From assembly GCF_006345805.1 (NCBI RefSeq), contig NC_042998.1, positions 3,782,001-3,846,000 on the forward strand: a stretch of DNA of 64,000 nucleotides. The letters run 5' to 3'. Shown piece after piece: positions 38,398 through 50,900 of the stretch. The notes beneath the pieces are model-generated. The model made no database searches. It was not told where the DNA came from and saw only the letters and a program-made list of their open reading frames with translations. Source of the stretch: Octopus sinensis. Taxonomy: Eukaryota. How positions within the stretch are numbered: position 1 is the stretch's first letter; each line of letters begins with the position of its first letter. A program made the translations under genes and the position numbers.

Positions 38398-38551
38398 TTG
38401 TTTGTTGAAGTTATAAATACATTTTCATATATATATGCACACACATGAGGGGTGTATGAAAAGTTTTGAGCCTTGAAGGTCTTGTACCTTTATTAGAAGT
38501 CTTGTACCATGTTTGTTTTTTTTGAGGCTTAAGACTTTTCATACACCCCTC

Positions 38552-38585
<34 letters not shown>

Positions 38586-41500
38586 CACAGTTGATTCATC
38601 AGCATAAATGGACTTTGGGACATCAGGTGTTTTGATATAGTTGTAGTTCATCAGTCATTGAACACCTGACTAACGAATCTAAAAGAGTTTGTGGCTGTTC
38701 TTTATAACCAACCAATATCTGCCAACCAATACTATATCATTATATGCATGAGGAACAGTGAGAATCATATTTATTTGCATATTCATTCTTAATGCATTCT
38801 GACAGATTCAAACTTGAATATGCTAATTGCTGTTGTGTTTCCCTCTTGGAGAACAACTTCACCTTTAAGATAAATCAGTGGTCTTAACACATTAGATTTA
38901 TGAGTGTGAGGAGATTTTGGGACACTTAGTGGTTCGACATCGTTGTGTATTGTCAGACAAAGTCACCCTGGACCAATGAATCTCCATTGTTCAATAACCT
39001 AGAGAGTCATTTGAAATTATAAGTGGCTTAATACAAAATTGCTTAAAAGTTTCCAAGTTGTGAATTTAACCAGATTTGCATAGATGAATTAGTTTCAAAT
39101 ATATAGCAGTATGTTCATGAGTGTGTTAAATTATGTATTCAAAATTATGAAATTATGTAACTAATATTAACTTCCATCTGTAGAGTAGGAAACTGAAAAT
39201 ACAGTTGTAATAAATGGGAATCAAACTAGACATCTCCCTAATTAGATAGAAGCTCGCAAGTTCTGTGACCTAAGGTGCTGAGGTGATTAACTTTGTAAAT
39301 TGAAGATGACTTATGAGTTATGTTTACGAGGATGTCAATGTTCAGTAAATAATAGCGATTGACATACTTTAGCCTAATTGAAATGCATAATTTTGGTTTT
39401 GTCATATTGGTGTTTCCACACTCATTATCAACCTCATACTACCCAAATACTGGACAAAGCTCTCCTACTATAGAAATGTTAAAGAGTTTTATGGGAAACA
39501 AACCACCAGAGGAAATCGAAGGTTACACTTTTGGCTTTAACATCAGATATAAATTATTTGAGATTTGTAGGTACGTGATATTTCGTTATACAAACCCTAG
39601 GAATTTCAACTGTGTTTCATGGTCTGCTACCACAACAGCTCCTTTATAGGATCCAGTTAGCTAAAGACATCATCACAAGGAACCATGTCTGGTTTCGGCC
39701 CCTACTCCTCTACCATTTTGACGTGTTGGGCCCCCCCACTTTTGGAGGTGTTTTCAGCTCTGGTGTTGGGTGCATGTCTTCCTTCTTCTGTTCCCTGGCC
39801 TCTTCGATGCAGCGTGAACGAGTGTCACCGGGTGACTGACTGTCTTGTCAAATTTCCCTTTAAATACCTGCTGCTAGGCTCCAGCAGGCAGCTCCAGCTA
39901 GTTGTCACATGACACTGTCTCAACTTTAACTTATATACTATAAGGTATACTAAATGTTTTTATAAGTCAGTACCACATTCCGTTGCATCTGCAGTGCTCT
40001 TAGATTATTTTGTTAAGGTTATTTCTACAGATATTCTATAGAATATCAACCTGCACTGATTTTTGCTACAATGTTAAGTATCAAGATGTCAGATGTAAAC
40101 AGACAATGTGGTTGAAGGCAAAATTGGGTAGTGTTTGCATACCAACCCCAGTAATGTATTTAATATGTAAATAGGTATATCCAATAACTGTATGTGGTGG
40201 CTATATAAGCAATGTGTTCGGAGGCAATATTGAGTTTGATGAGTGCTGATCAAGGGGCAAAAATCCCGAAATATGGCATATACACTCATTGCCCACTTTT
40301 GTCTTCGATCACATCTGTTTACATCTGATGTCTCAATAAGAAACGTGGTAGCAAAAATCAGTGCAGGCTGTAAGTTCTATAGAATATCTGTAGAAATAAC
40401 CATAACAGAATAATGTAAAAGCACTGCAGATGCAACGGAATGTGGTACTGACTTATTAGTATACCTTATAGTATATAGGGTTTGTATAATGAAATATCAC
40501 GTACCTACAAATCTCAAATAATTTATATCTGATGTTAAAGCCAAAAGCGTAACCTCTGATTTCCTCTGGTGGTTTGTTTCCCATAAAACTCCTTAACATT
40601 TCTATTGTAGGAGAGTTTTGTCCAGTATTTGGGTAGTATGAGGTCGATAATGAGTGTGGAAACACCAATATGACAAAACCAAAATTAGAATTTCTGTAGA
40701 AATAACCTTAACAAAATAAATTATCTGATTCTCTCATATCACACATAAACATACATATGAAAAGCTGCTGAAGATTACATTTTGGTGTCTGCAAGTCTAT
40801 CTGGTCTCACTAGTACCAATGCTGTGTTCATTTCCTTTTATCAGAGCGAAGTTCAGCTTTATTTATCCTTTTTTTCTCTGGAATTTTCCATGCAAATCTC
40901 TTGTAAAAATGAATAGATGATGGACAGAAAGCAAAGTAAGATGCTTTTCATTGATTAAGCATAACTGAGTAATATTCAACATTGTCAGCTAAATTAGTCT
41001 TTTCCATAACCTAGCAGAAATTGAATACCAACTTATTCTTTTCAGAAAAGAGAATTCCTTTCCTAAATATAGACGAGCAACTAGTATTTACACTGGTTAC
41101 AAAGTAGAATGTCTTAATAATTTTTTCTGTAAAGAAGCAAATCTTACATGCAGTGATCAATGTTTAACATAATGATTGTTGCTGAAGAAATATTTTGAGT
41201 AATTCACTGTAATTTTACAAGCAAGTGTGATTACATGAAAACTTTCTCTAATTTGATTAAGAATGGGGACTTTTTTTCTTTTCTATGGATGCTAAATTTA
41301 CCAAAACATATTAAGCACCATCTCTTAAATTGTTAGACGAATAATAACTCTCAGCTTGTCAATCTTGAAGAATACAGAATTGCTACAATCTCTAATTCCA
41401 AGCTGAAAGATGTACCTTGTGTTGTATGACTATGATCCTCTACATCTTTTTTTTCTTACTTGCTTCGGTCATTGATTTGTAGCCATGCTGGGGCATCACC

Positions 41501-44500
41501 TTCAAGGGTTTTAGTTGAACAGATCAACCTCAATACTCATTTTTAAAGTCAAGTACTTATTCTATTGGTCTCTTTTACTGACGTGGTGGGCCCCCCACTT
41601 TCGGAGGTATCTTCAGCTCTGGTGTTGGGTGCATCTCTTCTTTCTCCTTCTTTCTTCTGTTCCCTGGCCTCTTGTCAGCGGATGACTGACTGTTTTGTCA
41701 AATTTTTTCCTTTAAAAACCTGCTGCTAGGCTCCAGCATGCAGCCCCAGCAAGTTGTCATGTGACACTGTCTCAACTTTAAGTTACAAGCTATGGTGTGG
41801 GACAAGCAAACATACTCATTTGAAAGGCTACCACATAATTTCCATCAGCTAAATTCATTCACAAAGCATTTGTCTCCCTGAGGCATAATAGAAAACACTT
41901 GCCCAAGGGGTGTTGCGTTGTGGGACTGAATCTAAATCTTTGCAGTAAAGTGAACTTCTTAACCAAATAGCTATGCTTTCAGAACTCACAAATTTAGCAT
42001 TCACAACTTTTTCAAAACTGACAAAAGTGAGTTTAACCAAATTAAAAAATGCTGATACCAAAAAACACTGCCTGCAAGACACACTTCCCTATGAGACTGA
42101 ATAACAGATTCTTTAATCTATATAAAAATGCTGAATTGACTCCTTCAAAACCAGCTGCTCTGAATGTATGTTGAGGGAACCTCAAAAAATAAAACATGAG
42201 TGTAAGACTAATGATACAGAATGCAAAATTTCTGAATCATTGCCATCTGCACATAAATTGGTCTAAAGACAAAAGGTATTTTGTGGGTTAGGCCATTTGT
42301 TTTGTAAGAATGAATACCAAAGATACTTTATGAGGAACTTACAAGGTACATATCTTGACTATTCACAAATATTTCCTACCAACCACATGGTTCCGGGTTC
42401 AGTCCCACTGCATGGCACTTTGGGCAAGTGTCTTCTACTATAGCCTCAGGCTGACCAAAGCCTTGTGAGTGGATTTGGTGGACAGAAACTGAAAGAAACC
42501 CGTCGTATATATATGTGTGTGTGAGTGTGTATGTTTGTATGTCTGTGTTTGTCCCCCCAACATCACTTGACAACCGATGGTGGTGTGTTTACACTCCTGT
42601 AACTTAGCATTTCGGCAAAAGAGTCTGATAGAATAAGTACTAGGCTTCCAAAGAATAAATCCTGGGGTCGATTTGCTCGACCAAAAGGCGGTGCTCCAGC
42701 ATGGCCGAAGTCAAATGACTGAAACAAGTAAAAGAGTAAAAAGGGCAAGAGTAAATAAGCATTGCATTTGATAGAGTAATCTGAACGCTAAAGGGTCAAT
42801 GGTATTGTTGGGTGATGGTATAATTGATAGTGCTAGAAGTGTAGCACATAGTATTGTTAATGATGGCATGGTAGTAGAAGAACTCTGTTAATAGCAATGT
42901 TAACCATGGCATCAGAGTGGTGAAAATGATATCAAGATTCTTGTTAAAATTGGCACGAATGTAGTTGTAGTAACGTTAACAGTATTGCTCTTCATAATAT
43001 CGGTAACCAGAATACTGTTATTATAAGAAGTAATGCACATTTTTAGAAGTAAATCTATTTTGTGTGGGCATGGCTGTGTGGTTAGGAAACTTGTTTTACA
43101 ACCACATGATTTCAAGTTCAGTACCATTGCATGGCACCTGGGGTAAGTATCAGCTACTATAGCCCTGGTATTGGTTTGTTTATATCCCTGTAACTTAGTG
43201 GTTCAGCATGATACCAGTAGAATAATTGCCACAGTCAAAGGACTGAAAGAAGTAAAAGAGTATTACTCTTTACTCTTCTACTTGTTTCAGTCATTTGACT
43301 GCGGCCATGCTGGAGCACCGCCTTTAATCGAGCAACTCGACCCCGGGACTTATTCTTTTTGTAAGCCTAGTACTTATTCTATCGGTCTCTTTTGCCGAAC
43401 TGCTAAGTAACAGGGACATAAACACACCTGCATCGGTTGTCAAGCAATGCTAGGGGACAAACAAGACACACAAACACACACACGCATATATATATATATA
43501 CATATATACGATGGGCTTCTTTCAGTTTCCATCTACCAAATCCACTCACAAGGCTTTGGTTGGCCTGAGGCTATAGTAGAAGACATTTGCCCAAGGTGCC
43601 ACACAGTGGGACTGAACCCGGAACCATGTGGTTGGTAGACAAGCTACTTACCACACAGCCACTTCTGCGCCTATAGTATAGACATTTTCAATCGAAATAA
43701 CCAGCCAGGTAATGCAGGACACAATCAGATGTGTATAGTGAAAACAGTTATGAGAGATAGACTACATGTGAGAAGATATCTTGCTGAGCTCAGCTGACAA
43801 AAAGGTACAAACCCCAAAAGAGTAAAAAACAAACAAAACTACTATAGTGAAGCTGTCAGTTCATTATTATGTTTTATATTCACACAAGAAATGTGATGTC
43901 CCAAGACAGACATCCATTAATTGTAATAAAATATATAATATATAATAAAATGCTCTTTTGTTCTATACAAAGAATATTATCTCTCAGAATCCAGTTCTAT
44001 AGAACATTAATTTCCATAAAATACAATGTAAGCTTTCAAAATCTCATTAAATGTAGAAGATAACATAATTTTCACCTAATGTTTTAGGCTTATGTGAGAC
44101 AAGTATTTAAAATCTGTAAAGTGTTGCATAAAATATGGACCTTTACTCACAGGTGAAAATAAATAATAGAAATAGTAGTAGTAGTAGTAGTAGTAATAAT
44201 AATGATAATAACAGTGAAAGAAACTGTGTAGATGATGATTCATCTGATGTGAACAAATGAATGCCAGTGTGTGAACCTTGTCAAATGCATGTTTATATAT
44301 GAAAAGAATGTTTTAAAAACTGCTGATATTAAATTATTCTAGAATGCGACAATTATTATGATGGTGATGATGGGATGATAATAATGAGGATAATGATAAT
44401 AGGCGGCGAGCTGGCAGAATCATTAGCACGCCGGGCGAAATGCTTAGCGGTATTTCATCTGCCGTTACGTTCTGAGTTCAAATTCTGCCAAGGTCGACTT

Positions 44501-47500
44501 TGCCTTTCATCCTTTCGGGGTCGATAAATTAAGTACCAGTTACGCACCGGGGTTGATGTAACTGACTTAATATCTTTGTCTGTCCTTGTTTGTCTCCTCT
44601 ATGTTTAGCCTCTTGTGGGCAATAAAGAAAAAAACGAGATAATGATGATAGGTGTCAGCAATGATGATGATAATGATGATGATGATTTGTTTTTTTTAAA
44701 TATATTTCAGTGTTCCGCAACATGTGGTGATGGAATGCAGTGGAGGAAAGTTAAGTGTCCTCAGGCCAACCAATGTGAATTACGCAAAAAGCCTCAAGTT
44801 AATCGGAAATGTAATAACGGTACCTGTCCATCGATGTGGATTACAGGATACTGGTCAAAGGTATATAGAATTAGTAGTTTTACTGTTTTTTTTTCTTTCG
44901 TTTCCTAATATCTTGTGCGTGCATGTGTGAGTAGGTGAGCTGGCAGAATTGGTAACACGGCAAGCTGGCAGAAACGTTAGCACACCAGGCAAAATGCTTA
45001 GTGGTATTTCGTCTGCCGTTACGTTCTGAGTTCAAATTCCACCGAGGTCGACTTTGCCTTTCATCCTTTTGGGGTCGATAAATTAAGTACCAGTTACACA
45101 CTGAGGTCGATATAATCGACTTAATCCGTTTGTCTGTCCTTGTTTGTCCTCTGTGTTTAGCCCCTTGTGGGTAGTAAAGAAATAGGTATTTCGTCTGCTA
45201 TTACATCATGAGTTCAAATCCCACTAAGGACGACTTTGCCTTTCATCCTCTTGGGGTCGATAAATTAAGTACCAGTTATGCACTGGGATCGATGTAATTG
45301 ACTTAATCTGTTTGTCTGTCCTTGTTTGTCCCTCTGTGTTTAGCCCCTTGTGGGTAGTAAAGAAATAAGAATTGGTAACACGCTGGGCAAAATGCCCAAC
45401 GGCATGTCATTTGTCTTTAAGTTTTGAGTTCAAATCTTACTAAGACCAACTTTTCCTTTCATCCTTTTGGGGTCAATGAAATAGGTACCAGTTGCGCACT
45501 GGGGTTGATGTCATTTTCGTGTGTCTATGCATCAGTTTCAGAAAGGGCACTGTGTCCTTGCATATCATAAAAGGTGATTTTATCCTTTTGATACCAACCC
45601 CATTCCTGGTTCTGTGATACAAGCTTGCTTTTTTTTCAAGTGATCTCAATTAAAACCTTTCATCAAACTTTCATGCTAAATTATACTCTTAATCTCAGCT
45701 TAATAATAATGATGATTATTTTAATAAAGCTTTCATGTTCTTTTTAAAAAAATTAATTGAAACAAAGGCACTGTTTCAACAGCAATAACGAAAGGGATGA
45801 AATATAGCAGCAGCATGAGGAACATACAACCATAAATATTATCAACCAATTCAAGTCAATATTCTTTTCTACTCTAGGCACAAGGCCTGAAATTTTCGGG
45901 GAGGTGGAGCAGTCGATTAGATCGACCTCAGTATGCAATTGGTACTTAATTTATAGACCCCCACAAAAGGATGAAAGCAAAGTCAACTTTGGTGGAGTTT
46001 GAACTCAGAATGTAAAGACAGACAAAATACCGCTAAGCATTTCACCCGGCATGCTAATGTTTCTGCCAGCTCGCCACCTTTCTGGAATGTTAATATTGAA
46101 AACTGGTTAAGGCGGTGAGCTGGTAGAAATGTTAATATGCCAGGTAAAATGCTTAGCGGTATTTACATTCTGAGTTCAAATTCCACTGAAGTCGACTTTG
46201 CCTTTCATCCTTTTGGGGGTCAATAAATTAAGTACCAGTTGCGTACTGCCATCAATCTAATCGACTGGTCCCCTCCCCCAAAATTTTGGGCTTTGTGCCT
46301 AGAGTTTAAAAGAATATTGGAAAAATGGATACAAAATTCCGATGATGGTGATAAGGATGAATTCAATTTCTTAAACTCAAAAACAAAATATTTTGTTTTC
46401 CAGGTTGCAATGTGAATGGGAGATTGCACAAATTGTTTCCCTAGTGTAGTTTGGATAATCTTTCATAATGTTTGGGATAATCTTTTATAATGTTCTTTTG
46501 TTCTTTTACTTGTCTCAATCATTGGACTGTGGCCATGCTGGTGTGTGGCCTTAAAGTGTTTAGTGAGACCCCTTGACCCCTGTAATTACTTTTTAAATCT
46601 GATACTTGTTCTATTAGTATATATTTGCCTGACGGTAAAGTTTCAGGGACATAAAAATACCAACACTGGTCTTCATGTGGTTATGGACAAATGCCACTAT
46701 GAAATCGCATACACACTCGGATACATATATACATACAAATGACAGGGTGTGGAGGCACATAGCCTAGTGGTTAGAGCAGTGGACTCATGGCCGAGGGATC
46801 ATGGGTTCAAATCTCAGACTGGGTGATGTGTGTGTTTATGAGTGAAACACCTAAGCTCTACGCGGCTCCGGCAGAAGGTAATAGCAAACTTCTGCTGACT
46901 CTTTCACCACAACTTTCTCTCACTCTTTCCTCTTGCAGCTCACCTGCGATGGACTGGTGTCCTGTCCAGGTGGGGAACCTATACGCCAAGGAAACTGGTA
47001 AACCGGCCCTTATGAGCCAGGCATAGCTCGAGAAGGAACAATAAAAAAAAAAAAAACAGATGACAGGCTTTCACATGGTTTCTGTCTATTTGCAAAGTAA
47101 TGACTGTACCACACAATGGATGGGACTGAACCTGAAACTATGTGGTTGTGAGGCAAACTTTACACAGCCATGCCTGTGACTACAATTCAGATTTTAACAT
47201 TTTTTGGTCTCAGAAGAGATCTGTCAAGTTTTGAATATTTTCATGTTGTTTGATCAAACCCACAATCAAAGGAATTCTTAATACAGTCGTTCTTTCTTAT
47301 CACTTGTGTATCGTTGGCAATTTTCTTTCTCTCTCTTCCCTTCCTCAGACTTTTCCTTTTTTCTATATTTCTGACGAAGAGCTCCGCTCAAAACATTAAA
47401 TTCTCCTTATTTCTTTCCTTTTCTGAGCGTCCAATAACACTATATTTGTTCCACGTCCTCGCGGTGTTGTGTTTACTCTTTGTTCATGTTTGGATTCACT

Positions 47501-47880
47501 ATATCATAGACAAAATTCTTTTATGTATCATTGTTTATCTAAGACAGAAGGATACTATTCGAAAGAAATTCAGCTGCTATTTCTGGTATGCTAAGCGATC
47601 ACATTCAGGCTCTTAATCAGCTTGAATTTTCTGCATTTATTGTTCAAGTGTTAGGCTGGGATTTAACACATTGAGATCAATGTCTTTGGAATATGGTAGT
47701 TTGCAAAAAAGGAAAGATGCGGTTATCTATCCAGAAAGTTTATTCCAACTTTAACTAAGAATAACTTTTTGCAAAAGTTGAGTAACATAATTTCTTATCT
47801 TCATGTTGTTTACTTCGAATTTCATTTTATTTCTCCTTCTATGCTACTTCTAGTATATCATATATGATATACATACATGT

Positions 47881-47923
<43 letters not shown>

Positions 47924-50900
47924 CATACAGACACACACAATATGCACATATGTGTATATATGTACATACACACACATATATATATATGCAGACACATATG
48001 TATGTATTCTTATATTAACACTATTGTGAGATAATACATCAATAATGTCTCAGAGTTATTAACGCAGACATCTAAATTTCAATTTATTGATTCAAAAGAA
48101 GTGTTTTACTATATTTCTATATTTCAATAAATGATAATAGAAAAATTTGCTTAAATTTAGAATGAATCTATGTTTTCTACTTTGTAATTAGTAGTGGCAT
48201 ATTAATTTTATAGTTTTAATTTTGATTAGTTTATTTCATAAAAACAGATATGAAATTATTTAGTTCTAGCTGTATCAAAAGCAGTACTGTTATTGCACAC
48301 TGGGAAGTTATCGAGAGTCTCTTTCGTTCCAGGAGTCAATGTTAATCTATGTTTATACTGTGACTTATTGTAAATCAGTAAATACTATAAGCTCCAGTGC
48401 ATTACTTTGCCCTAGGGACTATCTATAATACATTAAAAGTGAAGTTCAATCTTGCTTACTTGCTTGCTTGCAATGTTACACAGCCAAACTGGCGCATACT
48501 GGGAAAATACTTTGAAAGTAAAGTACCCCTGAAATGTGAATATGAATGGAATAAAACAAGTTTTGCATAAATCGGACCAGTAGTTATTAAGATATTTGGA
48601 GTATAAATACCCAAAGTGGTGCATAATGGGAAAATACTCTGAAAATAACTTAACCCTGAAAGGGAAGAAACTCTAACCTTTCCATTAGACATATTATGAT
48701 GGGCAAAATATTTTAAAGAGAAAATGACTTTAAAAGTACAGTAAATATTTCGTAAAAGACCCGTTTGTAACACTTGGTGTGAAATAGTTTTTTTTCTATA
48801 AGTTTCTTTTGAGTGCATTCAACATATCACACCTCCAAAGATATTTTAGCTGCTATTTCTAGCACGTCCTGATCTCATGTAAAAGCTCTTTGCGATAAAG
48901 GACCCAAAATACTGGTTACGTGGTAGTAGGGCATGCAAGAAATAGGAACTAAATCTTGCCTAGGGTGGGGAGGAGCCATTTGTGCATGATTTTGATGTCA
49001 CATTTGTTGAAAGCATGCAAAATAACATGGAAAACGGAAAAAAACCCACGAAACAAAACTCTGTTGCTGGGAAACTCAGACTTCCCCATTGACCCAAGGG
49101 GTCACAGGTAGTCAAGTAATATTGTAAAGTCAGTCCTGATCAGGAGTAGAACTGTTTGATAGATGAAAACTGAAAGAAGCCCGTCATGTATATGTATAAT
49201 ATACATATATATATATGTGTGTGTGCGTGTGTTTGTGTGTCTGTGTTTGTTCCCCCAACATCGCTTGACGACTGATGCTGGTGTGTTTATGTCCCCGTTA
49301 CTTAGCGGTTCAGCAAAGGAGACTGACAGAATAAGCACTGGGCTTACAAAGAATAAGTCCTCAGGTTGATTTTCTCGACTAAAGGCCGTGTTCCAGCATG
49401 GCCACAGTTAAATGACTGGAACAAGTAAAAGAGTAAAAGAGATTGTCAAAATCTGAAAGCTATTAGATAAGTTATGATTAATTCAAAACAATATCACACT
49501 CTAACAAAATAATCTGAATGCTAAAGGGTGAAACAACAACTACACTGACACAAGTGATGCCAAGTCCCTTTCCTCCTTAATCTTCCACACTCAAGCATCA
49601 TCTTCCTGCTAGGCCACGTACCTCACACCTGACTCCATGAACCAGAAACTTTGAAAATTAATTCAAGTGGAGTTCAGGCCAATCCAGTCACCTTCAACAA
49701 CACAAATACACACTTGCTATGAATATCAAAAAAACATTAATACAATCCCATAAGTATAATCGGCACAGAGTTCCAAATGCTAAGCTTCACCATATCTGGA
49801 GATGTCTACTGACAAATACATGCTCTCAACAGAGTTAAAACTGCATCACAAAGATTGACCTCTATCTTCAGGAATAGAAAATACTTCATCTCCCAACAGT
49901 TTCTAACCCTTTGTAGAGTTGAGGCGAGATCCACAGTATATTATTATTCCTACATCTGAGATAGAAAGGCTACTCAAATCATCATCATCATGGCTCGGCT
50001 TCGTGAATGAAGATCAGGAAGGCTGTCCACGTTGTGTGCATGCACGCTCATGACTGACAAGTCCGATATGGGAAAGACAGGTCCGTGAGCAGTGTCCACA
50101 GATGAAGGTAACATCCGGTGTGGTGTCAGAGGTGGCTTGCACCTTCCTCCTGCATCTCTTGTCTTTAAGCGTGTCTCTTCTTTGTTGCTCAAACTTGCTG
50201 ACTGCATTGAAGATCGTGTGGCACCAGACATCATGGTCCGCAGCCAGGTCTGACCAGCATTGGTGGTTAATATGACATGCTGTTAGAGACTTCTTGAGGC
50301 AGTCTTTGTAGCTCTTCCTCGGAGCTCTTCTCACACAATTAGTATGAAATCAACAACACACTCCGGTGTCTGACCAACAGCTATGCTGGCCATTCTCACA
50401 GTCTCTTCTGTTACTATTACAGTGTCTTCTGCCCCTTGGCATTTGTAGGTCTTGTGTTTACTCCCACCAGATGCTCCTGACTTAAGTACCTTTTGTCCTC
50501 TCATTATCCATGTTGCATCTACTATTTCTGATACTTCTCTTGCACTATGTATGATGGGGGGTGCTGAAAAGTTCCTGATTTTGGGTAAAAAGAAATACTG
50601 TAAGATTAATTAATTATGATTTTATTCAGCATTATTCCCCTCTCAGATTCACATACTTATTGCAGCGGTTCCTCAGTTTTTCTAAGCCCAGTTAAAAGAA
50701 CTTGGAAGATTGAGCCTCCGACCGGGCCTTTTGCAATGCCCTTAAAGCCAGGAACTTTTCAGCACCTACTCATAAGTAGTGCTTAGAACACTCTTTCATT
50801 TTCATAATTTTGGTCCTCTAGAATTCCAAACTTACAAATATTTTTTTTTTGCAAATAATGATTTTCACCTGTTCGAGAGAAACATTAGTTGTGTCAATCT

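Noticed and set aside
49500-49960. Possible old CR1/I-group LINE fragment ([21 protein letters not shown]...)
   Set aside because: It is too decayed to classify or bound with confidence, so it is not listed as a feature.
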